A program made the position numbers and the translations under genes. A stretch of DNA of 64,000 bases from a bacterium (GTDB lineage: Bacteria; Patescibacteriota; Minisyncoccia; Phycocordibacterales; UBA12445): the NCBI GenBank assembly GCA_030648005.1, contig JAUSIP010000016.1, positions 1,110 to 65,109 on the forward strand. The letters are read 5' to 3'. Of the stretch, positions 56,263 through 64,000 are shown one piece after another. The notes under the pieces were generated by a model. That model had not been told where the DNA came from. It was given only the letters and a program-made list of their open reading frames with translations, and ran no database searches. How positions within the stretch are numbered: the stretch's first letter is position 1; each line of letters opens with the position of its first letter.

Positions 56263-57353
56263 TGACTGCTATCTATATAATTTTAGGAATAGTTTTTGGC
56301 GCCATCGTCGCTCTTTTTATATTTTATTCACTGAATAAGAAGGTTGAACCTTCTTCCGATAATAATCCTCTGCTCTTGATCCAGAACCAGCTCAATAATC
56401 TTTCTAAAACATTAGACCAGCGCTTGGCAGACTCTGAAAGACACCTCAACGAATCCGTGACCGGCGCGCACCGTGCCATGCAGAACCAGATAGGGGAGTC
56501 GTACAAGATCGTCACTGATCTGACTGAGAAGTTGACGCGCCTCGATGAGACCAACAAACAGGTTGTTGGCTTCGCTGACCAGCTACAGTCACTTCAAGAC
56601 ATTTTGAAGAATCCAAAACAGCGTGGGATACTTGGCGAGTATTACCTAGAGACAGTGCTTAAGAACGTCATGCCACCAGGTAGCTATGAGATGCAGTACA
56701 AGCTTGGACAAGACGAAGATGGTGCCGACTTAATACCCGATGCGGTTGTCTTTGTGAAAGATAAAATCATACCAATAGACTCCAAATTCTCACTCGAAAA
56801 CTACAACAGGATAGTCGCCGAGCGTGACCCGGTAGAGCGCGAGAAGTTGGAAAAACTTTTTGTGAATGACTTAAAAAATCGTATTTCAGAAACAGCTAAG
56901 TATATTAAACCTAGTGCCGGTACTATGGACTTCGCTTTCATGTTCATACCGCATGAGGCCATTTACTATGATCTACTAATCAACAAGATCGGCGCCTTAA
57001 AAGAAGATACGGAGTCGCTGATCCAGCGCGCCGCTTCGAAGTATAAGGTTATCATCGTTTCGCCGACATCTTTCCTAGCCTACCTACAAACCGTCCTCCA
57101 GGGCTTGAAGGCGATGCAGATTGAGGAACAGGCCAAAGATATTGTGAAGCGAGTAGGGGAGCTGACCACACACCTCAAGACTTATATGGAGAAACATGAG
57201 AAGCTCGGCAAGTCGCTCGCCACTGTCGTCAACCAGTACACCGATTCCTCCAAGGAGTTCAAGAAAATAGATAAGGATTTGATGCGTATCACCGAAGCAG
57301 ACGTCGCCCTCGACTACGAACCGCTCTCACTCGACAAGCCAGAGATGGAATAG
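56262..57353 (+). CDS. rmuC: DNA recombination protein RmuC
   Basis: N-terminal TM, long coiled-coil, C-terminal DFAFMFIPHEAIYYDLL nuclease-like region. Confidence 0.75.
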   Translation: MTAIYIILGIVFGAIVALFIFYSLNKKVEPSSDNNPLLLIQNQLNNLSKTLDQRLADSERHLNESVTGAHRAMQNQIGESYKIVTDLTEKLTRLDETNKQVVGFADQLQSLQDILKNPKQRGILGEYYLETVLKNVMPPGSYEMQYKLGQDEDGADLIPDAVVFVKDKIIPIDSKFSLENYNRIVAERDPVEREKLEKLFVNDLKNRISETAKYIKPSAGTMDFAFMFIPHEAIYYDLLINKIGALKEDTESLIQRAASKYKVIIVSPTSFLAYLQTVLQGLKAMQIEEQAKDIVKRVGELTTHLKTYMEKHEKLGKSLATVVNQYTDSSKEFKKIDKDLMRITEADVALDYEPLSLDKPEME

Positions 57354-57404
57354 GCTTAAATTCCAAAAGGCTTCAAAAATCAAATTTGTAAAATTGCTTA
57401 ACCC

Positions 57405-57465
57405 CACTCTCACACCTAGGCCAGAATGATTGTCCCACTAAGACGGGACAGAAGAGGATCATTCT
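57405..57465 (+). promoter_or_regulatory. Long nested hairpin (12-bp outer + 6-bp inner stems) downstream of rmuC; possible terminator or sRNA
   Basis: ggccagaatgat-tgtccc-actaagac-gggaca-gaagagg-atcattctggcc. Confidence 0.4.
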
Positions 57466-57552
57466 GGCCTAAGGGCTCGAGCGGCCGCCCCCACCTACAA
57501 TTTTAAAAATTTATTTTTTCCGCCTTATTTTGGAATTTAAACATATTCCCCC

Positions 57553-57581
57553 TTGCATTTTAGGGCGGATTTTTGTATTAT
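57553..57581 (+). promoter_or_regulatory. Sigma70 promoter with extended -10 for rplU; the ATG lies about 10 nt downstream of the -10, suggesting a leaderless or very short 5'UTR
   Basis: TTGCAT-17 (ending TG)-TATTAT; rplU ATG at 57592. Confidence 0.45.
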
Positions 57582-57591
57582 ACTTGGACTT

Positions 57592-57921
57592 ATGGAATTT
57601 GCAGTAATACAGACGGGTGGCAAGCAGTATATCGTCAAGCCAGGCGACGTTATTCATATTGAGAAGTTGTCCGGATACGACGATAAAAGGCCTGAAAAAG
57701 GGGCAAAAATCACCTTTAACGAGGTTTTACTAGTGGATGACGGGGATAGTACCACTGTAGGCGCACCGTTCATTTCAGGGGCTAAAGTTGAGGGTACGCT
57801 GGTAGAAGAGGGCAGGGATAGAAAAGTCATAATTCAGAAATACAAAAATAAGGTGAGATACAAGAAGCGAATCGGCCACCGCCAGCACTACTCAGAAGTT
57901 AAGATAGACACTATAAAATAA
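57592..57921 (+). CDS. rplU: 50S ribosomal protein L21
   Basis: MEFAVIQTGGKQYIVKPGDVI. Confidence 0.9.
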   Translation: MEFAVIQTGGKQYIVKPGDVIHIEKLSGYDDKRPEKGAKITFNEVLLVDDGDSTTVGAPFISGAKVEGTLVEEGRDRKVIIQKYKNKVRYKKRIGHRQHYSEVKIDTIK

Positions 57922-57925
57922 ACTT

Positions 57926-57952
57926 AAAAATCCACCGAACGGGTGGATTTTT
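57926..57952. terminator. Bidirectional terminator between rplU and recR
   Basis: aaaaatccacc-gaacg-ggtggatttttt. Confidence 0.8.
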
Positions 57953-57955
57953 TCA

Positions 57956-58585
57956 TTACTGTCGATTCTTTAGTGCATTCTTGATTGTGTCACTATCGGA
58001 ATACTCCAGCTCCGTACCGGTAGACATACCGCGGCCAAGGACAGAGATTTTTATAATATTGGAAGACTCACTTCGAGTTTTTTGGCAGATTGGTGTTAAG
58101 GTGTTTCGGACATAATCTGCGGTATTGTCGCCCTCGGGATTGGCGTTCAGGGCGATTATTATTTCTTTAAGGCCGACTTGCGACATATTGTTAATCAGGT
58201 TAGTAAGTTCGCGGATCCGTATCTTCTGTTCCGGATTTTTCTCCAATATCTGAAGCAGGCCACCTAAGATGAAGTACCTGCCGTTAAACTCGCCGGAACG
58301 GGAGATATTCTCTAGATCTATATCTTTAGCTACAACCATAAGCACAGAGCTGTCCCGACTCTGATCACTACATAGTGCACACTGCTGACTGACTGGAGTT
58401 AAAGAAAGTCGGAAGCAAGTGGGACAGTGGCTGACCTCCTTCTTGAGTCTTACAATATAATCAATTAATTCTCTGGTGTAGGCAGTGTTCTCAGCCAGCA
58501 AGAAATAGACGAACCTCTTCGCCTGTCTTGGTCCAATCCCCGGGAATCGGCCGAACATCTGAGTTAACTTGCTTATTGGATCCAT
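57956..58585 (-). CDS. recR: Recombination protein RecR
   Basis: HhH N-terminus (FGRFPGIGPRQAKRF), C4 zinc finger (CPTC...CALC), Toprim. Confidence 0.9.
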   Translation of the reverse strand: MDPISKLTQMFGRFPGIGPRQAKRFVYFLLAENTAYTRELIDYIVRLKKEVSHCPTCFRLSLTPVSQQCALCSDQSRDSSVLMVVAKDIDLENISRSGEFNGRYFILGGLLQILEKNPEQKIRIRELTNLINNMSQVGLKEIIIALNANPEGDNTADYVRNTLTPICQKTRSESSNIIKISVLGRGMSTGTELEYSDSDTIKNALKNRQ

Positions 58586-58594
58586 GTTAAGAAG

Positions 58595-59974
58595 TTAGAA
58601 GTCACCGAAGCCGGAGGCACCATGGTCAGACTTATCAATATTCATGAAGCTGACGCGCTTCTGGTCGAAGAAGAGTTCTGCCTCACCGGTCGGGCCATTT
58701 CTATGCTTAGCGATGATGATCTTAGAGATACCCGCAGGAGCACTCTTGTCCTGCTTATCTTCGCGGTGGATGAAGAGTACAACATCGGCATCCTGCTCAA
58801 TAGAACCGGAATCTCGGAGATCTGACAATCTTGGCTCGCCACCTCTCTGTTCCACAGCTCGGGATAGCTGTGAGAGTGCGAGCACAGGCACATCAAGATC
58901 GCGCGCAAGCCCTTTCAATGCCCTTGATATCTCCGTAACTTGATGGACCATGGAGTCATAATTTTTGCTTGGATGCATAAGTTGAAGGTAGTCGACGACG
59001 ATCAGACCTAGTCCATGCTCACTCTTCAAACGCCTAGCAACCGACTTCATCCTGATTATATTATTACTTGATTCATCATCAATATAGAGCGGTGCTTTCG
59101 ACAGCTTCTCCAGAGTGTCCCGTATCAGCGAAAACTCATCATCACTCTCGATCTGCCCCGTACGTAGTTTCCATGCATCGACATTTGATTCAGCAGCCAG
59201 CATTCTGTCTACAAGCTGTTGAGAGCTCATTTCTAGAGAGAAGATGCCGACAGGAATATTATTGAGCAGAGCTGCATTACGGGCGATATCCATCGCCAAA
59301 GTCGTCTTTCCCATCGAGGGCCGAGCTGCCAAGATAATTAGGTCTGATTTCTGTAAACCAGCCAGCTTATTGTCGAGTTGGTGAAACCCGGTCTTAACCC
59401 CACGAACCTCGTTCTTAGAGTGATGTAGACGGTCAAGTCTTGTCCAAGCCTCTTCGAGTGTAGAGCCTATATCGACAAATTTACTGCGTATAGAAGCATT
59501 TCCTATATTAAAGATCTTTTTCTCGGCTGCATCAATCACCTGATCAACTTCATCAGCCTCACCATAACCAAGATTAGATATGTGGTCGGCAGCTTCGATC
59601 AAATTCCTGAGCGTTGAAGACTTCTGGATAAGCCGAGCGTAATGTTCGACATTATTAGTCGAAGGGACAGTGGTCACAAGCTGGGTCAAATAGCTCGCTC
59701 CACCGATATTATCAAGTAGCTTCTTCTCTTTCAGCTTAGCCGAAAGTACAACCATGTCGATGGGCTCGTTCTTAGCCAAGAGCTCGAGCATGGTCGCATA
59801 GATTATTTTATGCTTCTCGGAATAGAAAGCGTCTTTCTGCAGGATATCAGAGATGTCGTGTATAGACTGAGGTCGCATCATGATAGCCCCAAGAAGCGCC
59901 TTCTCGGCGTCGAGGTTCTGCGGTGGTACACGCATAGCAGAAGATTTGAATTCAGTTGCAGTGGTCACTACCAA
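58595..59974 (-). CDS. dnaB: Replicative DNA helicase DnaB
   Basis: N-terminal domain plus RecA-like core (ILAARPSMGKTTLAMDIA, H2 and H4 motifs). Confidence 0.9.
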   Translation of the reverse strand: MVVTTATEFKSSAMRVPPQNLDAEKALLGAIMMRPQSIHDISDILQKDAFYSEKHKIIYATMLELLAKNEPIDMVVLSAKLKEKKLLDNIGGASYLTQLVTTVPSTNNVEHYARLIQKSSTLRNLIEAADHISNLGYGEADEVDQVIDAAEKKIFNIGNASIRSKFVDIGSTLEEAWTRLDRLHHSKNEVRGVKTGFHQLDNKLAGLQKSDLIILAARPSMGKTTLAMDIARNAALLNNIPVGIFSLEMSSQQLVDRMLAAESNVDAWKLRTGQIESDDEFSLIRDTLEKLSKAPLYIDDESSNNIIRMKSVARRLKSEHGLGLIVVDYLQLMHPSKNYDSMVHQVTEISRALKGLARDLDVPVLALSQLSRAVEQRGGEPRLSDLRDSGSIEQDADVVLFIHREDKQDKSAPAGISKIIIAKHRNGPTGEAELFFDQKRVSFMNIDKSDHGASGFGDF

Positions 59975-60027
59975 AGAATATTGGAAAAAACTTAAATTCC
60001 AAAGCTACTATAGGGGATAAACTGTGA

Positions 60028-61773
60028 CTATCTTCTCCCTGCTACCTCCTCCTTAATCATCACCACAAAATCCTCAATTTTCAAGTCTTTAATCTGCCCC
60101 TTATCTCGACTTTCTGCGGTTATTGTCCCGGCTTCCACCTCTTTAGCTCCAATAACTATTAAGTACGGCGTCTTCATCATCTTGTTATTTCGAATCTTCT
60201 TGCCCAGAGTCTCATTACTGCTATCAAGTTCTACGCGAACATCCTCTGCCTTCAGCTTGTTATATATCTCGCTCGCATAGTCCATAAACTTCTCGCTCAC
60301 AGGCACTATCGCCACCTGAGTAGGTGCTAGCCATGTCGGGAAGGCTCCGGCACAGTGCTCGATTAGGAAGGCGAAGACTCGCTCGAGAGAGCCGATCGTA
60401 GAACGATGAATCATAACCGGTCTTTTCTTTTGACCGTCTGCGTCGACGTATTCTATCTCAAACTTCTGCGGAAGCAGGAAATCCATCTGCGCTGTAAATA
60501 AAGTGTCCTCCTTGCCATGAACATTCTTCGCCTGCACATCGAGCTTAGGTCCATAGAAGGCAGCTTCGTCGAGGGCTGTGATATAAGGAAGGCCGAGTTC
60601 ATCCAACGCTTCTTTCATTAAACCTTCGGCGTGATTCCAGAGATCATCATCCGGAAAATATTTCTCCTTGTTTTCCGGATCCCGCTTAGAGAAACGATAA
60701 GAGACGATATCAAGAAGTCCAAGCCCCTTCATACCCTCAACTATCATGTTACAAACCCGCTTAAACTCCTCCTTCAATCCTTCCGGAGTTACAAAAATAT
60801 GACCATCAGTAAGCTGAAATTTACGCACGCGTATCATCCCCATCAATTCTCCGGACTTTTCATAACGATTATAATCAGCGATTTCCGCATATCGAACCGG
60901 TAGATCCTTATAGCTCCATGGCTTTCGTTGGTACAGGCGAATATGATGCGGACAAGCCATTGGTCTCAAGTAGAATTTGTCGCCATCCATATCTATTGGA
61001 GCATACATACTGTGAGTGTAGTGGTCTAAGTGACCGGAGGTTCTATACAACTCCTCGCCACCCAGATATGGTGTTGAAACGTGCTCATAGTCATACTTCC
61101 TCTCAAGTTCACGAGCGAATTTCTCCAGTTCAAATTTAACTGCCGTACCCTTAGGAGTCCATAATGGCAACCCCTTACCAACTTTCTCATCAATTATAAA
61201 AAGATCTAGTTCTCTACCGAGTTTCTTGTGGTCTCTCTTCTCGGCTTCTTCTCGCATGGCAACATATTCATCAAGCTTCTCCTTAGACTCAAAAGCTAAG
61301 CCGTAGATGCGCGTCAACATCTGATTCTTCTCATCACCTCGCCAATAAGCACCGGCTGTCCTTTCTATCCTGAAGGCGTCGACAGGGATCTCGCTTGTAT
61401 TCTTCACATGTCCTCCGCGGCAAAGATCTGTGAAGTCGCCTGTTGTATAAGTTGTAAGTTTGGAGCCCTCTTTGGATAAATCTTCTATCAGCTCGCACTT
61501 GAATGGCTGATCTTCAAACATCTTCAATACTTCCGCTTTGGGTCTTTCGGCACCAATGAAATCGAGTTTGGCTTCAATCAACTTCCTCATCTCTTTCTCA
61601 AGCTCCGGCAAATCAGTCTCTGAAATAGGTTTTGATAACAAAAAATCGTAGTAGAAGCCGTTATCAATGACCGGGCCGATCGCGAGCTTAGCCCTTGGAT
61701 CATGTTTCAAGACGGCGATGGCTAGCAAGTGAGCCAGCGAATGTCTGATGTCGTGTAATTTATTGTTTTCCAT
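60028..61773 (-). CDS. thrS: Threonine--tRNA ligase (short N-terminus)
   Basis: Zn-binding class II core (CPHHIRLY...HRSTIGSLERV) and C-terminal anticodon-binding domain. Confidence 0.9.
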   Translation of the reverse strand: MENNKLHDIRHSLAHLLAIAVLKHDPRAKLAIGPVIDNGFYYDFLLSKPISETDLPELEKEMRKLIEAKLDFIGAERPKAEVLKMFEDQPFKCELIEDLSKEGSKLTTYTTGDFTDLCRGGHVKNTSEIPVDAFRIERTAGAYWRGDEKNQMLTRIYGLAFESKEKLDEYVAMREEAEKRDHKKLGRELDLFIIDEKVGKGLPLWTPKGTAVKFELEKFARELERKYDYEHVSTPYLGGEELYRTSGHLDHYTHSMYAPIDMDGDKFYLRPMACPHHIRLYQRKPWSYKDLPVRYAEIADYNRYEKSGELMGMIRVRKFQLTDGHIFVTPEGLKEEFKRVCNMIVEGMKGLGLLDIVSYRFSKRDPENKEKYFPDDDLWNHAEGLMKEALDELGLPYITALDEAAFYGPKLDVQAKNVHGKEDTLFTAQMDFLLPQKFEIEYVDADGQKKRPVMIHRSTIGSLERVFAFLIEHCAGAFPTWLAPTQVAIVPVSEKFMDYASEIYNKLKAEDVRVELDSSNETLGKKIRNNKMMKTPYLIVIGAKEVEAGTITAESRDKGQIKDLKIEDFVVMIKEEVAGRR

Positions 61774-61829
61774 AATTATCCAGTTTACATATTATTGCAA
61801 AAAAAGTCGATATGTAAGATAATTATAAT

Positions 61830-62138
61830 ATGAAAAAAGAAAAAAATATTTTAATGGCGGTGCTTGCATATTGCGGGCCTCTGATCATCATCTCATATCT
61901 CGCTGCTAAAGATGACTCTTTTACAAAATTTCACATCAAGCAGGCTTTAACTATTATTATCGTCGGATTCGTTTTGTCTTTCTTGAGTATGTTTATGTTT
62001 TTCTCGGTTGGCATATTCTTTGGGATGGCTAAAATGGCACTCGGCATATTCATGATCATCGGCATTTTGAACGCCGCTCAGGGCAAGGAGACGGAACTGC
62101 CTTTCATCGGCCAGCTCGCAAAATCCTTAAATTTCTAG
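61830..62138 (+). CDS. DUF4870-family small membrane protein
   Basis: MKKEKNILMAVLAYCGPLIIISYLAAKDDSFTKFHIKQAL...ELPFIGQLA pattern. Confidence 0.55.
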   Translation: MKKEKNILMAVLAYCGPLIIISYLAAKDDSFTKFHIKQALTIIIVGFVLSFLSMFMFFSVGIFFGMAKMALGIFMIIGILNAAQGKETELPFIGQLAKSLNF

Positions 62139-62195
62139 TAGTATAACAAGAGATCAAAAGATATAGTACTGACCTTTAACAAGGAGGTGTGCTCA

Positions 62196-62734
62196 TGAGT
62201 AGTGGTGAGATCAAGGTAGTGAAATATAGGGGTGAGAAGCTCTTCAAATCCCAGGATAATATCATGCTTGATATATTGTACGGCTTCGATTTCTACACCG
62301 GAAAAATTTCGATAATCAGGAGAGGTGTCGAAGTAGATCATTGTACGATTGAGGCCGACGGAAAAAGAGATCCTTCTCCATGCTTCGAGGGGCTGGAAAA
62401 GCTTTTAAAAAATTTCCAAGTCTCAGGCGATCGACAAGAACTGTATCCAGCGTATTTTGAAGAAGGGGACAAGATCCGATTTGAAAATGCACGCTGGGAT
62501 CTCGACTTCAAGGAAGAATTCATAGAGGATGATGTAGCTAACAAACTCTCGCACATTCTTCAAGAATCACTCAAGATTCTAACGACTGTAACACAAGAAC
62601 GAGTGTTAAACAGGTACGACAGATTACTTAAGAAAGAAAGGGAGAAGTTGCTAGCAAATTTCCCGAATTTCCCAATTCATCGGCGGATACTCAAAAAGAA
62701 CGAGTCCATTGATCTAGGATTCAGCAATAAATGA
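62196..62734 (+). CDS. Hypothetical protein (about 179 aa)
   Basis: ATG after AAGGAGG; no recognisable motif; own terminator. Confidence 0.45.
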
Positions 62735-62765
62735 AAGATGGCTGATTCCTTGAGTCTTCTGGTAT

Positions 62766-62792
62766 AGTCCCCGCTCCGCGGGGATTTTTCTT
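62766..62792 (+). terminator. Rho-independent terminator
   Basis: tccccgc-tcc-gcgggga followed by a T-run. Confidence 0.8.
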
Positions 62793-62862
62793 TTCTTTAC
62801 AGACCAGAACAAATATGGTAGTTTCTAACTGGATCTTTTGATAACTAACAAGGAGGCACGAA

Positions 62863-63897
62863 ATGGCCGAACCACTCTTTAGTGCGGAAGAATCCTCTCT
62901 GCACAAGTCTGAGATCGATAAACTAAGGGAGGAGCGTAAATATGACGAGATAGAAAATGTTCGCCAAGCATTTATGCTGGAGGGCGTACGCAGAGCTCAA
63001 TCTCGGCCGGAAGAACTATTGAACGGCATGATCATATGTGTAGGTAGCCGGGGACATAAATACGTTCTACTGGATGAAGCCTTCACTCATTCGGATTCCA
63101 AAAAAAATAAGGACGCCCTAAATAGCTTCGACACACCGGAAGCCAGGCGAAATCTCTACACGATCCTACGGGCTCTGGTAGAGGTGCCGAGATCCTGGGC
63201 TTGGTCCGCATTCACTAGATTCCTCCGGGGTATCGGTAAGCAGAACGGGGCGAAGTATCATGGGGCCGGAATGTTCAGTGTAAGATACGGCTGGAAAGAA
63301 AGAGAAGTTAGCGCGATCGCATATGTAATGACGTGCGATAGTTATCGCGGTTACACTACATACTCTAGCGTACTTATGTCTTATGCTGACACCATGAAAG
63401 AGATCGAGGAAGAGGATAGGTATAATAGAGCGAAGTTCTACGCAGTCCGCGCGGAACGGGATATTCCATTCCTGAACAAACTTTGTGAGATGCTCGAAGC
63501 ACGCGGACTAGGACCCATTCCGGCTCTACCCGATGAAAAACCCAAGAAAGAGCGGGAGATAAAAATTTTCAAGGCAGGAGATATTGTACGACAGAAAGAT
63601 CTACGAGATCTGCCCCTGCCGGCTCTGGTCAGAATATCGGTAACAAAGATATTCAAGGGGAAAGAAGGAGAAAAGGATCAGCGCGTTGCGGGCCAGATGG
63701 ACGAAGTTATCACAAGAATTCATGAGAAACATTACTACGACTATTATGTCGTCGCCAAAGACGGTAAGGCCTATAAATACTTTATGGGATACAGCTTCAA
63801 GACAAATCTCGATGGCGCCACCTTCCTCGGCGAATGGAAGGGCGAGATAGTCAAGAATAAAGAGATAAAATTAGATTTCCACTACTACAAAAACTAA
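62863..63897 (+). CDS. Hypothetical protein (344 aa)
   Basis: ATG after AAGGAGG; GC about 50%; no recognisable motif. Confidence 0.45.
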   Translation: MAEPLFSAEESSLHKSEIDKLREERKYDEIENVRQAFMLEGVRRAQSRPEELLNGMIICVGSRGHKYVLLDEAFTHSDSKKNKDALNSFDTPEARRNLYTILRALVEVPRSWAWSAFTRFLRGIGKQNGAKYHGAGMFSVRYGWKEREVSAIAYVMTCDSYRGYTTYSSVLMSYADTMKEIEEEDRYNRAKFYAVRAERDIPFLNKLCEMLEARGLGPIPALPDEKPKKEREIKIFKAGDIVRQKDLRDLPLPALVRISVTKIFKGKEGEKDQRVAGQMDEVITRIHEKHYYDYYVVAKDGKAYKYFMGYSFKTNLDGATFLGEWKGEIVKNKEIKLDFHYYKN

Positions 63898-63904
63898 AAA
63901 TAAA

Positions 63905-63944
63905 AAGCCGGCCGTCCCGCTTAGCGGGACGGCTTTTTCTTTTG
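63905..63944 (+). terminator. Rho-independent terminator
   Basis: gccggccgtcccgc-ttag-cgggacggc followed by ttttt. Confidence 0.8.
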
Positions 63945-64000
63945 CCATAAGCTATTATTTAGTGTATAGTTTTGCGAATGATAGATTTTAAGATACTCAA

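Noticed and set aside
57466-57480. ctcgagcggccgcc (XhoI-NotI) as evidence of cloning-vector contamination
   Set aside because: Only 14 nt match common polylinkers and the flanking sequence diverges immediately. It is embedded in continuous native-looking sequence. Flagged for a UniVec check only.

Overview
This 64-kb window is a low-GC (about 40-45%) bacterial chromosome segment with compact, mostly housekeeping content. Small or domain-reduced core proteins (500-aa IF-2, 524-aa Rel, 618-aa AlaRS, UvrC without the HhH tail, several genes lacking obvious Shine-Dalgarno sequences) make a Patescibacteria/CPR-type genome likely (inference). Recognisable genes include a 5'-truncated giant surface protein, tRNA-Leu(TAA) and tRNA-Cys(GCA), rbfA-infB, cysteine desulfurase, clpB, uvrC, a ParB homolog, rel, topA, dprA, serS, an FtsQ-like gene, a D,D-carboxypeptidase::CapA fusion, dus, ctp, rplI/rpmA, uvrB-uvrA, truB, ddl, ridA, priA, mnmA, alaS, the infA-rpmJ-rpsM-rpsK-rpsD-rpoA-rplQ-rplM-rpsI block, tRNA-Glu, dedA, a NUDIX hydrolase, a CaCA exchanger, rmuC, rplU, recR, dnaB and thrS. 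No CRISPR array, integrase or transposase was seen. The most unusual items are: (1) a roughly 550-bp GC-rich coding island (8203-8756) with high-GC codon usage, host-style promoter/SD and an internal frameshift; (2) a tightly signalled two-gene small-protein operon (27-aa TM peptide plus 61-aa Cys/His-rich protein) next to tRNA-Leu(CAA); (3) a roughly 250-nt highly structured, degenerate tRNA-Glu-like region beside tRNA-Glu; (4) an 18-nt GC palindrome present twice, once as an in-frame 4-aa insertion inside infA; (5) a trypsin-fold membrane protein with all three catalytic residues replaced; (6) a PriA homolog lacking Walker A and DEEH motifs; (7) a block of uncharacterised genes (51648-55246) including an NDT-like and a NUDIX protein. 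All functional calls are from reading the translations and motifs by eye; no database search was run.
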